A stretch of 63,655 nucleotides of DNA, the filler included, from Reticulomyxa filosa (Eukaryota; Protista; Foraminifera): NCBI GenBank assembly GCA_000512085.1. It is 21 parts of 21 records of this genome, joined end to end, with 100 filler letters (N's around TTAATTAATTAA, not from the genome) between each part and the next. Parts side by side here need not be neighbours in the genome. Positions count along the whole stretch, not along the records: positions 1 to 1,753 come from ASPP01005863.1; positions 1,854 to 3,701 come from ASPP01024508.1; positions 3,802 to 7,264 come from ASPP01014808.1; positions 7,365 to 8,786 come from ASPP01019900.1; positions 8,887 to 11,210 come from ASPP01006058.1; positions 11,311 to 15,274 come from ASPP01019725.1; 15 more parts are not named here. One strand, written 5' to 3'. The position numbers and the translations under genes are program-made. Positions 1 to 11,790 of this stretch are shown here, one piece after another. Below the pieces are notes generated by a model. It saw only the letters and a program-made list of their open reading frames with translations, had not been told where the DNA came from and did not search any database. The stretch's first letter is position 1; every line of letters begins with the position of its first letter.

Positions 1-720
1 CGTATTACATTTAGTACAACCTCTTCCAGCTGACGTCCCACACTAACTTTTTCAAATTTTTCTGTATTTTTATTTGATCTTTGCAAAGTTTTGCTTTGAT
101 TATTGCACAGATCATGCGAATTTGTAGTGAACTTAATCAAGTTTATTATGTTTTGTTTAATAAACTTATTTACTGCTTTACATTTGTGGCGTTTTGCGTT
201 ATTTTGTAAAGACAATCAGTTTCTAATATTGTATACGCAATATGGAATACTTTTTAACATTTCATAATATATCTCTTTATAAATTATGCTGTTAACGCCT
301 CCCAGTTTCGCAAGAATGTCAACGCATTTAGAACCAAAGTACTCACATGCAATGATGCTACACCCACAAACATTGACATTTCTAAACCATTATATCACTA
401 ATATTGTAATAATACCATTATCAGAAATGCAAGCGAACCTCAGAACTCCCTTTATTCTGGTTCACTTCCCCCTCAGTCTTTTGTTTGTTTTATATCATTA
501 TTTTCTCATTGTTTAACAAATTTCGTTTTGTTGAAAGTTTGCTTAGTAGAGCTAATCAAACTTTCATATTACACTTTGTGCAGTTCTTTTCAGCAGACAT
601 TCCACAATATTATGTCCTTCTTTTTTCCACATATTGTTTTTTTTGCAAAAACCGTATTTTAACAACTATTGATTTTGATTGTCACTTAAGCTCACTTGAC
701 GTGTTTGATACATCTGCTAT
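1..720 (-). pseudogene. Degenerate Tc1/mariner (IS630-Tc1) transposase remnant
   Basis: Minus-strand translation gives VNSIIYKEI...LSLQNNAKRHKCKAVNKFIKQNIINLIKFTTNSHDL. This resembles the QDNAxxH and FPPNSPDLNP motifs of DDE transposases. In-frame stops are present and the boundaries are approximate. Confidence 0.55.
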
Positions 721-1753
721 TTAAAGAAAAAAAGAAATTATCTTAAATTTTACTGTGCATCAAAACAAAAAATATTCATATTTAAAAATCACAAAAAAAA
801 AGAAAACATTAAGTATATCAAAAAAGTGATTTTTGAAAATAGATTATCTTCAAATGTGACATTTTAAGCGTTCATTTTTTTCTGCATATTTTTCAAACCA
901 CAAAAACTACTTGTTCAATAAAGTGAAACGCTTTTAAAACATCAGTGAATAGATAATTGCTTTGCCATCTTCAATTGTCTTGCTAATGTGAAGCGCTATG
1001 CACTTTTGATTTTTTTTGCACCTAATTTTTTACCTTTTATTCATGTACCCAATTTTATATTATGTTTATAATGCAGCGCGGTCGTTTTGATGAAAAGAAA
1101 TATAAAAGTCCACATACACTCTTTATCTGGTCCAGGTAAGGTATTTCATTCCTCTCAGTAGAAATACTTTCCAAACTTCATAAAAAAAATCGTTAATTTT
1201 TGACCACATATGTAATGGGTATAACTTTATAACTTTTAGTTAAACTATGGAAAATGTTCCACATCGAGTTGCTGTCTTTGGTTTTCTGACAACAACAATT
1301 TTCCTCTTTTTTTCGATATTGAACCTGCAAAAAACATGAAGTCAACCCAAAATGTTTTGAATTCTACAGTTTGCTGATCTTTGTTTTCTCTTTCTTTTTG
1401 TTTGTTGTTTTCGAAGAACTAGCAAAATGAATGGAAGCGGCAAAAAAAAGGGTGAACTGTGTTGAAATTTCTAGAATTGGTGGAGAACAAAACTGACATC
1501 TCCGAACAGTATTTTTCCATTCCGTATACCGACCCAAAGCTTTCATAAAGCTCTAACAGTATCAAAACAGTATTCAAAATGTCATGGCAATATTGGATTA
1601 GTGTATATCTCAAGAGCGTCAATGTGTTCCGGAAAAGGAAAGATAGTAAGTGAGGACAAAGAAGTGGAAGAGGAAGAAGAAGAGAAACAAAAAGCAAAAG
1701 CAGAGCAAGAAGAACAAGAACAAGAGCAAGAAGATCAAGAACAACAAGAAGAA

Positions 1754-1853
1754 NNNNNNNNNNNNNNNNNNNNNNNNNNNNNNNNNNNNNNNNNNNNTTA
1801 ATTAATTAANNNNNNNNNNNNNNNNNNNNNNNNNNNNNNNNNNNNNNNNNNNN
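1754..1853. other. Artificial contig linker (N44-TTAATTAATTAA-N44), first of 20
   Basis: The same 100-nt spacer with six-frame stops recurs at 3702, 7265, 8787, 11211, 15275, 17069, 18755, 22240, 23340, 32174, 33813, 40913, 43939, 45198, 46305, 56306, 57909, 60832 and 62415. Confidence 0.98.
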
Positions 1854-2100
1854 CACAATATACAGCAGGGGCAAGGATTACATTTAAGAGAGATAAATAG
1901 CTAGAGGAGAGGCTGGTCGCCAACATTGCAAACAATACACTTCTCTTAACTTTCACTTTTCCTTTGTAACGTGAAGCGTATTCGCTCACATCAAAGTCGG
2001 GCCAGTCCACGGTTATTCTTTTTTGTTCTGTATGTTCTGAGTCTCCTTTTTGGTCTTCACGAGAATCTTTATCATCTACTTCCATTTTACTTGAGGACAT
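1854..2100 (-). CDS. CSN1: COP9 signalosome subunit 1, N-terminal fragment
   Basis: FDVSEYASRYKGKVKVKRS, then LFISLKC after a short GT-AG intron. This matches the CSN1/GPS1 N-terminal pattern LDxExYAxxYxGxxKIxRLLFIAxxC. Truncated by the contig end. Confidence 0.65.
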
Positions 2101-2429
2101 AGTATGTAATATTTCCAAGTATAGAACTTGCAAAGGGGAAAAAACTCTAACAAAGACAAGTGCCAAACAACGTTTCTACGAGACAAGTCTAAAAATGTTG
2201 AATCCGAAAAGTATTGAAGTGTTTCCTTTTGAAGATAGTACTAATTTGCAACTTCAAGCAGAAAAGTATAATGTTGTAAAAAAATTGGAAAAGTGAAGTA
2301 TTTTTGAAAAAAAATTGTAATTATTTTCTAATTTAAATCTTTAATGTTTTAACATACAATAACATCAATATTAAACACAAGAAACATATTTCAATTTAAA
2401 TAGTTGTTTAATGTCATATTGCTAATATT

Positions 2430-3458
2430 GTATGAAAAGAAAAAATATATAATAATCTTGTAGTTTTTAAATATGAAATTGGTTTTATAATAAGTTTTTT
2501 CTAGGCTGATCAAAAATATGATTTTTTAAAATGATTTTTAAAAATTTCGAATGAGTTCATATAAATTGAACATGTATTGCAAATAAGAAATTTTTAAATC
2601 TTTTTGTTTTCATTTTAGGAACCTTCAAGTCACGTAGATACTTTTTTAAAAAAATTAGCCTTGTATCTTTTGTAATTTTTAACAACATTTTGAAATCTTT
2701 TTTTTGATTATTTGAAATTTTTTTTAAAAAATTTTTTTTGTTAAAAATTTGTTTTTGTAATGTTTTTACCATTTTATTTTCCTTGTGTATTGATTAAAGC
2801 TTTAATTCTCTTTGGTGTTGACTCAACTAGTGTTTGACATAGTTAAATGTCAGTTTTTTCCATATTTTTCAAATTTTTCCTAAAGTCTTGTTTATTGTTA
2901 ATTTTTTTGCCTTTGCATAATTTTACTTTAATTATCCACCAAAGGTTCTAAATTGGATTTAGGTCTGGTGAATTAGGAGGAAAATTTATAAGTTCTATAT
3001 TATTTTATTTAAATTTATCCATTATTTCTTTAGCTTTGTGACATGATGCATTGCTTGTTGGAACAACAAGTCATTTTCATCATTTACACAGTAATTTGCA
3101 CTTTTTAATATATCATCTTCTAATACATCTTTATAAATTTCAGCGTTCATACTAAATCTCTTACATTAAATTTCTTTGCTACAGATCGAAGGCTAGCTCC
3201 ACCAACCAGCATACAACAACAACTCCTTTCTTAAAAGCACTAAAATGTTTCACCATTTTAAATATCAAAATTTTAAAATGTCAATTAAAAATATCAACAA
3301 TAAAGAAAATTGGTAAAAAAAAAGGGATTTAATATTTAAAAACTACAAGATTAGATATTTTTTAAAAAAATTAGGTTTAAATCTTTTTTTTCATGAAGAA
3401 AATCGATTATCTTCATATAATGCCATTTAAGTATGACAGTTTTTTTTGCAACCTACTG
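2430..3458 (-). mobile_element. Internally deleted Tc1/mariner DNA transposon with dead DDE transposase
   Basis: Minus strand about 3230-2780 reads MNAEIYKDVLE...FQQ/NASCH (frameshift)...IELINFPPNSPDLNPI*NLW, with TAG at the catalytic E. The right end is the reverse complement of CAGTAGGTTGCAAA followed by TA (3459-3460). An inverted partial copy of the same end sequence lies at about 2453-2527. Confidence 0.85.
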
Positions 3459-3540
3459 TATATTATATTCTTGCTCTTCTTATAGAAGGATACATCCTTG
3501 AAGAATTCTATAAATAATGCAACTTGAATATCATTAGAAG

Positions 3541-3701
3541 ATACCTAAATGGCACTACATGAAGAGAATCGATTTTCTCCATGAAAAATAAAGATTTAAA
3601 CCTAATTTTTTTTTAAAAATATCTACTAATCTTGTAGTTTTTAAATATGAAATTGGTTTTATGATAAGTTTTTCTTATGTTGATCAAAAATATGATTTTT
3701 T
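3541..3701 (+). repeat. Partial copy of the Tc1-family terminal repeat
   Basis: Shares aatcgattttctccatgaaaaat...aatcttgtagtttttaaatatga with the copies at 2453, 3330 and 11061. Confidence 0.8.
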
Positions 3702-5879
3702 NNNNNNNNNNNNNNNNNNNNNNNNNNNNNNNNNNNNNNNNNNNNTTAATTAATTAANNNNNNNNNNNNNNNNNNNNNNNNNNNNNNNNNNNNNNNNNNN
3801 NCTCTCTCTCTCTCTCTTTTCTCCTTCAAAAAAAAAAAATCAAAAATGTTGCATAGTCACACAATAGCATTTTAATTTTCTTAAAAATAAAAAAAAACAG
3901 ATAAAACAACCCGCATGTGTAGTTTTTTCTATCATCCTCTGGCGGGTGTGTGTGTGTGTTTCTGTTTACTAATTGTTTTTGGTTCATCACAGTTGTTTGT
4001 ATGTTGTTATTGTGCGGACTCTTCTCTCTGTTCTTTTCTCTTTTTTTTTTTTTTGTATCAATTCAGTGAAAAATTATACTTTTTTTATTTTTTTGCTTGT
4101 TCTTATTATTATTTTTTTTCGAGGCAGTTTTGCAATGATTTGTGCATGTTATTCCAGGTTTTATTCCACAAAATACCTTCCAAAGGTAATAATTCTTTTG
4201 CACTTACTATGCTTTTCTCTGGGCAAGCGAATTCCATATTCAATGCGTTTCAAATCCTTTTATTAAAATATTCCGCATATTCCTCTGTTGCTGTGATAGA
4301 TGCAGAGATTATATAGGAAGACGTGCAAGGTAAAAGAACTCTTTTGAACGTAAGAAACTGCTGTTTGTTTTTATTGGAATTTGCCAAGAGCAAAAACACT
4401 TTCGTATTACATTTGAGAAGTGCGGGTTACTTTCTACACACTCCTACAAAAACTGGTGTTCTCGAACTGTTATGACTCTCGATTGAATGTAGTGTCTGTA
4501 TAAGTACTTTCAGGAGCTATTTTTTTAACAACATAATAAAGATTTATTTTTGGAAATGGACAATTCGACGATGATACATAGGAGTGAATAGTCAACCACA
4601 AACGATATAGTATATACTTTGTTTCTTGGCTATTGAAATATAACTCAATAATTTTTTGGAGTGAGTGACTCCAAAAACAAATCTGAGCGTATTTCCAGCC
4701 TTCAGTTAATATGCTGTCATTTACGACATGATAAAGAGTGTACATATTATGGAGGAATAAAAAAGAGTTGAAAATATATCGCTAAACAACCACTCCAATT
4801 TTTAGTATTGTTTTACGTATATACGTTTGCGGTATACGCTCTTATTTTGTGTACGATTTTGCCTTAGCGTATTTTGGAAATAAATAAATCTCGATTCCTC
4901 AACGTGTGTGCGATTTTATAGTAGAAAACTGACCCCAAAAATGTCAATAATTCTTCTTAAAAATGCATGAGATATTCCACTTTCTGTATGAAAAAGGATT
5001 GAATTGGAATAGGACAGCCTTGAAAAGCAAGTCTTTAAGATATTTTTTCGATTGAGAAATTGGAAATGACGAAAAAAAGGTCATTATTACAACAAATGCA
5101 AAAAATTTTGTAAATCACAACAGTTTGTTAAAAATGAAATAAAAATGTAAGCTAAGCCCTCGGAAGTGTAAAGGGAAACGTATGATCCTCCTTTCTTTCG
5201 GGCTTGTTCCTTCACTTCTTCCTTTTCTTTATGTTTTTTGTTTTGTTGAAATTTGCTCAAGAGCACGATTTGTATCACATCTAACCTCGGTGACAGTTCA
5301 TCCTTACAAAATATCTTGCGGACAAATAGAAAAAAAAGAATAGTTTTTTGAAAACTGTTAGGTCTTTGTAATTTGTGAAAATAACTTTTCGTTCGCTTTT
5401 TGAAGTTTACAATTGCGAACTTAAGCGCATTCTGAAACTGACAGTAACTTGATATAATTAATTAATTGATTATACTAGAAGTAGATTTGATAGTCGTATA
5501 ATAATTTCTTACTAATTTATTTGAAGCGTAATTATTTAAAAGAATTTGCAGTAGTTATAATGAAAAAGAAACTGTAGACGTTTCTATTAATTTCAAGTAT
5601 AATTTGATCCACAAAAATTATCGAAAAAATTAAAGATGTACATTAATACGTATATTTAAGTTTTCACTTTAAAACATTTTATTTATTAGAACGAATTCCC
5701 TTTAATCAAATGTTCCCAGTTTCATGTGTAAACAGTGCAAAAAAAAAAAGTGAAAATTGAAGATGAAGAATATTCCAATACACTTGAACTATTTCGTTTG
5801 TTTAGCAACCCCTTTCTTTTTTGACATAAATAATAATTAATAATAATTGTCAATAATAATAATATAATAATAGTAGAAT

Positions 5880-7177
5880 ATGAAAAGAAAAGCGGTAGAT
5901 ATGGACAATAGTGCAAGTTCTCTCTCAAAACGGCAGCGATTGAGTGACGGTTCGTCAGAGGATATGATTGGTGGAGCGACAGGAGAGCAGCAAAGAAGGA
6001 CAGAAGCAACAGCAACAGCAACAGCAATAGCAACAATGGCAAGAGAAGAGCGTGGTTTCAGTGACCCGTTTAACCGTGCAAAAGACGAGGGATTTTTCCT
6101 GCCAAAGGCAAGCAACGACTACATAAAGTTTGAGAAGTACCAAGCGCAGCACGTGGAGGAGCTGGACGTGACAGGTTGCGTGCACAAGATCGCGTACCCA
6201 CCGACGCGAGATGAGGAGGAGTTGTCGCGACTGCAGACAAGAACAGCGATGGAGTTATCGAAGAAAGTGAGTATACCGGCGAGGACATTTAAGTATGAAT
6301 TGGACGTGTTTCAGTCGCAGTCGGTGGCATGCATTGAGGGATCGCACAACGTGTTGGTGGCGGCACATACGAGCGCAGGGAAGACAACAGTGGCAGAGTA
6401 CGCAATCGCAAAGGCGTTGAAAGACAATCAGCGAGTGATCTACACATCGCCTATCAAGGCATTATCGAATCAAAAGTATCGACAGTTGCATGAGCATTTT
6501 TTTGACGTCGGACTGATGACTGGAGATGTGACAATCAACCGCCAAGCAGGATGTTTGGTCATGACCACCGAGATCCTGCGCAACATGTTATATCGAGGTG
6601 CCGAAATCATCCGCGAAATTTCGTGGGTGATTTTTGATGAAATCCATTACATGAAAGACCCTGTGCGTGGAGTCGTGTGGGAAGAAACACTCATCCTCTT
6701 ACCCCCGCAGGCACGCTTCGTATTCCTAAGTGCCACCATTCCCAACAGCGTCGAGTTCGCCAAATGGATCGCCAAAATCAATGGCAATCCTTGCCACGTC
6801 ATCTACACCGAGTTCCGTCCTGTCCCTCTCCAACACTACATCTTCCCCACTGGCGGCAATGGCATTCATCTCGTCGTCGATCACAAGGGCGAGTTCCGCG
6901 AAACCAACTTCCAAAAGGCTTTAAATCAAATCCGCCTTTCTCAAACCAATGGCGATGAAGATGGTCATAATAACAATGCTTCTGCAAAAAAAGGCCCCTC
7001 ACGTCGTTCCAAAGAATCCAAACAGACCACCGCCGAAAATGCAAGGAAAGATGACACCTTCAAACTCGTCAAAATGATCATGGAACGCGAGTTTGATCCT
7101 TGCATCGTCTTTGCTTTCAGCAAAAAGGAAGTAGAAGAGTTGGCGTTGCATGTTAAGAAACTGGACTTTAATGATGG
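5880..7177 (+). CDS. MTR4: Ski2-like RNA helicase Mtr4/Dob1, 5' part
   Basis: Motifs [65 protein letters not shown] and IVFAFSKKE. An intron starts near 7177 and the contig then ends. Confidence 0.93.
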
Positions 7178-7364
7178 TATTTTTGTCATGTTCTTGCTCT
7201 TCTCCTTGCACATGTGCAAGAAAAAAAAAAAAAATATATATATATATATATATTTTTTTTTTTTNNNNNNNNNNNNNNNNNNNNNNNNNNNNNNNNNNNN
7301 NNNNNNNNTTAATTAATTAANNNNNNNNNNNNNNNNNNNNNNNNNNNNNNNNNNNNNNNNNNNN

Positions 7365-8751
7365 AAACAAAGCAAACTTCAAATGAATGCCAGAAAAGAA
7401 AGCAAGCAAAAGATTGATTACAAAACATAAAGATATTCAAATTTTTTGGAAATCATGAATTGGTATGCGTTCATCAATATTTCAAATAAGATTTTGCTTC
7501 CAACTTTCATCGACTCGTATTTGGATATTTCAGTTGAGATCTGCAACACACATTTTTTTTTAATTAAAAAAAGGATTTTTTTTTAAAAAAAAAGTACGAA
7601 ACTTTCTTATGATATCTTTGATACACTCTATCCAACATTTCAACGACTTTGGCAATGGCAGGGACCTCTTTGACCGTCCAGGAAGTGTTTGGAGAGGCTA
7701 CACGTGTGTCATCAACAGAATTCTTCTTTTCAAATTCCGGAATGAACAACTGCGCAAAGGCTTGGTAACACTTTTCGACATACAATTGGCGATTTAGCCA
7801 TCGCAAGGCATCTGCAGTTTCTTCGTCGACAGCATTGAAGTATCGAGCATAAGCATCGAGGATCTGTTGTTGGACCTCTTCTCCAACCTCGCTTTTCGTG
7901 TTTGCTATATGTTTTGAACGCGACTTTGTTTTTTTTTGCATTTGCATTTTCTTTTGTTGTTGTTGTTGTTGTTCATTTGAAATGACATCTTTGTCGTCCA
8001 TATTGCCATCACCACCATCACTTGCCATTTCCATTTCATCCAAAACTTGTTGCATTTCGACCTCGCCGAATTCTTCACTTCCTACACTTTCAATGTGGTT
8101 CATCGTCGCATTGGTATCAAGCTGCTGCTGCTGCTTCTTTTCTGGGTTGCTCTTGGCAGGTGCTTGCAATGCTTCGTTTTGTCCTTGCTTTTCGGACAAC
8201 ATCGCCAACAATGTCTGCACGTGCGTATAGTTCAGTCGGTTGATTCGATCAATCTCCTCACGCTTTTCCTTGTCCGCACGTTTCAGCTGTTCCAATAGCT
8301 CTTCGATGCGTGCCTCGTACTCGATTTTCATTTTGGCCTACGCGTGCACATGCAAATGTATCTACATGCATGCATGTTGAACATATCCGTATATGTACAT
8401 ATATGTGTATGTGATATAAAAGACAACAAAACTACAGAGCGAGGCGTGGTTGGTAAGTCGTCGGGAATATCGTCATCGGCCTCTTCGTTGGCATCAAAGC
8501 CACTGGTGTCATGCTTTTCATATAAACTCGCTTCCATGACTTCAGGGTCCTCTTCGTCTTCGACGTCGTCGGAATGCACGACAGTCTGTGTGTCGAGAAG
8601 CTTGCCCGATTGGTGTTGCAATTGTTTGTTTTCCTCCTTGGCCCGAAGCAGCTCCTCTCGCAGCTCGGCTATCAATTCGCTTTGCATTGAGCCCTGGGAA
8701 CGCGTATCATCCATTTGATTGTTCCTTTCGAATTCTTCTCGACGCTGCGGC

Positions 8752-8785
<34 letters not shown>

Positions 8786-8786
8786 G
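7365..8786 (-). CDS. Hypothetical coiled-coil/acidic protein, partial and multi-exon
   Basis: ORFs 8328-8714 and 7564-8331 are separated by an AT-rich intron-like stretch. The protein is E/Q-rich with no recognisable domain. Confidence 0.6.
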
Positions 8787-8901
8787 NNNNNNNNNNNNNN
8801 NNNNNNNNNNNNNNNNNNNNNNNNNNNNNNTTAATTAATTAANNNNNNNNNNNNNNNNNNNNNNNNNNNNNNNNNNNNNNNNNNNNAAAAAAAAAATGCT
8901 C

Positions 8902-10797
8902 TCAACTATTGGTATTGCACAGTTGGATATACATGTCAGTTGTACGAAATCTACTGAAGCAATCACCAATGAGATCAAAGAGTTCTATAATGCAATCGTC
9001 AAAAATGGTTACCATTTCTTCCGATGCTGGCTGTCGGTTCTCGTAAGCGGCAATTAACTTTGCCCTTTGTTCGTAAGGTATATTCAAACAAAAAGTAGCA
9101 TTATTTAGAATAAACTTTTCCACAAGCATTTGAAATTTTTCGAGGTCTGTTTTCGCATCATCAAAAACGATTTGCGACTTGACAATATCAGAAGGCAAAG
9201 TAATGAGTGAAGGTCTGTCTTCGCTGCCAGGCTGTTTCTTTGACATCATTTCTTTGAATTGTGTCAATTCGATTATCCCTTTTTTTTTTAAAAAAAAAGA
9301 GTGCACCCCTCAGTGTATATTTAAAAAAGTCCGAATGAAAGATAGATTTGAAAAAAAACCTAATATGTTATCATGTGCAAATTCTCCGAATGCAAACTGA
9401 ATGAACACTTCGAGTGTACGTTTCTGTGATAATATCTGTCGGAGAGTTAGTGCGCGTGAAGATGCGTCTGACATTGCAGCTGTCTCATTGGAGATCACAA
9501 CATGTTCGCCTGCATTATCGTGCACTTGGTCATGGTTTTGATTGAAGGTATGGTCCAACTTGGTCAATAAGATTTTGGCCTTGCGTTTTCGGGACTGTTC
9601 GTATCGTACCGACAGCGAATGCTGGGTGGACTTTTCCGAGCTTTCAATTGAGGCAACTCGTCGAGCTTTTTTATAATCGTGCAGAATTGATACCAAATCG
9701 TTCCAAACCAACACTTGACGGGTCGATGTTACAATGTACCCACAATCAAACATTGCAAAGCAAATATTGAAAATGCACACATACACGAGATACGGAAAGT
9801 ATCGATCTTTGCTATCAATTGTCAGCGTTATCGTATATACGATATACGAAACCAGCTGAAACAAGCACCAAAACAGCAGCGTCCTCTCTTCTCTTTTTAA
9901 GTGAATGTAATCTACATATGCTGGCATTTTCATCCTTTATCCAAAAAAAAAAAAAAAACGTTTGCCACGTCCATTTTTTTTCCGAACATTTCAACAAAAA
10001 AAAAAAAAAAAAAGGGGGACATACCACAAAATAGCGACAGTGATTACGTACATAGCAAAAATAATAATACTAGCAGCTCTGGAAACAAAATCGGAAATAA
10101 TTGGCGCTAACTCAAGTAGGATCAGCACAAAGACAAAAAATGGCAAGCAAATGTGTGAGAACATCCACGTAGGACTGCCCAGCGTGTTTTTATTTGACGT
10201 TCGCACAAACCATTGCATCTGTCCGTAGTCTCCTATTCTCAATGCGTTTTGGTTCAAACATGCTACCCACCTTCCTTGAGATAATGCAATGTTGTAATGC
10301 GTATTGTAATACCTAAATGTTGTTTTAATACGATACGTATAACCAATTGCATACAACACATTGTCGTCATTATCTATTTCACATATCCAAAATAAAACAA
10401 AAAACAAAAAAACAAAAAAAAAATGCGTATACGCTTACAGTAACCATAGACGGGCACATAGCAATACTCCGTTGCAAGGATAGGCGATAATATATGCTGT
10501 GTTGCCGATGTAATACAGTAAAACAGAAATGTTCATTAGTTTTGGTGTGTCACCGTTATGTCGCATCAATTCCACAAAACCCCACATGCACCATACTGGA
10601 TGAACTACATAACAAGCCAGCAGCAGGCAGATATTTGTCCAAAAAGCCATGATGTAGTAACGGTTTCCTATTACTGGAAGCCATCTCAATTTGTTTGCTT
10701 CGTGCAACCAGTACAGAGCGATTGAAGCAAGCGTCCAACAAAAAATGGTGTTCAATACCAACAATGCTATTCCTACAGGAATGCTCACGTAAGTCAT
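8902..10797 (-). CDS. 7TM-RGS protein (seven hydrophobic segments plus C-terminal RGS domain)
   Basis: Four exons; intron 9279-9359 is GT-AG and restores the frame. Seven hydrophobic segments are followed by RGS-like LRQILS...FIQFAFGEFAHDNILG-IIEL...LVEKFILNNATFCLNIPYEQR...IFDDCIIELFDLIGDCFSRF. Confidence 0.8.
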
Positions 10798-11060
10798 CAC
10801 AATTTCTCCCTTATAATATCCCTAAAATTGCTGGCCTTTACAAATATTTTTTGTGAACTTTTTTAGGTTGGAATAAAGCCTTTTAAAGCTTTCTGGTACA
10901 CTTGTTGTTTACCTTGTTTATTGTGAAATTTTGCTCATAAACAAACTGTTCTGTGCTTCACTTCAAAAGTTTCTCTTTTGTTTTATGAACGTAACCACGA
11001 TTTTTTTTGGAAAATTCTGAACAGAAAGCAAAACTGGACAAAAAGAAAAGTAAACTGCTA

Positions 11061-11210
11061 CAGTAGGTTGCAAAGAAAACTGAACGCCTAAAACGATATC
11101 CTATGATGATAATTGATTTTCTCCATGAAAAATCAACATTTAGACCTAATTTTTTTTTTTTTAAATTCTACAAATCTTGTAGTTTTTAAATATGATATTG
11201 GTTTTTTAAT
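11061..11210 (+). mobile_element. Tc1-family transposon terminus
   Basis: TA|CAGTAGGTTGCAAAGAAAACTG..., running to the contig end. Confidence 0.85.
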
Positions 11211-11790
11211 NNNNNNNNNNNNNNNNNNNNNNNNNNNNNNNNNNNNNNNNNNNNTTAATTAATTAANNNNNNNNNNNNNNNNNNNNNNNNNNNNNNNNNN
11301 NNNNNNNNNNTGCATACAAGTGCATTCCATTTTTTCTTGTATTTTGTTTAATTGGAGTTTTACAAAATGTATAATTGTACTGAGTTTGCAATATACATGT
11401 ATTTTTGTATGGAGTCATTTTTTTTTTAAAAAATAATGATGTATTTTTTCCAGTTATTTGTAATTGTTGACAACGAAACTTTTTGTAAAATTGAAAAGGT
11501 TTTTTCCCTTTTTGCAAGCTTTTTTTACTATTTTCAAAAACACAATTTATACATTTTTGTTATTGAAGAAAGAATGTCTTTCCTTGTAAAAAACATCGAT
11601 TGAAAGGAAACAGAAACAAGCACATTGTTGTTATTTCAGAACTCAAAAAATTGGATTTGTCGGTCAGATGAATGTAACTTGTTTTTGTTGAATCATCCGC
11701 CTTTGTTCAAAAGAAAAAAATCACACAAACTGCAGCACCAACACAAAAGCAAATTTTTCTGTACAGCAAAAAGAAAAGAAAAAAACCAGC

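Noticed and set aside
1601-1753. E/Q-rich ORF
   Set aside because: Low-complexity purine repeat at a contig end with no supportable product.
1754-1853. Regularly recurring TTAATTAATTAA between N-runs, as a possible repeat array or CRISPR
   Set aside because: It is an identical artificial six-frame-stop linker. ORFs ending in X-runs or LIN are artefacts of it.
5152-5218. CTAAGCCCT, complementary to the CTTAGGG repeat, as a possible telomerase template with nearby pairings
   Set aside because: By rough estimate a 9-mer match in any rotation is expected about once by chance in a window this size. It can also be sequestered by gggctt at 5200-5205. Worth only a quick expression check.
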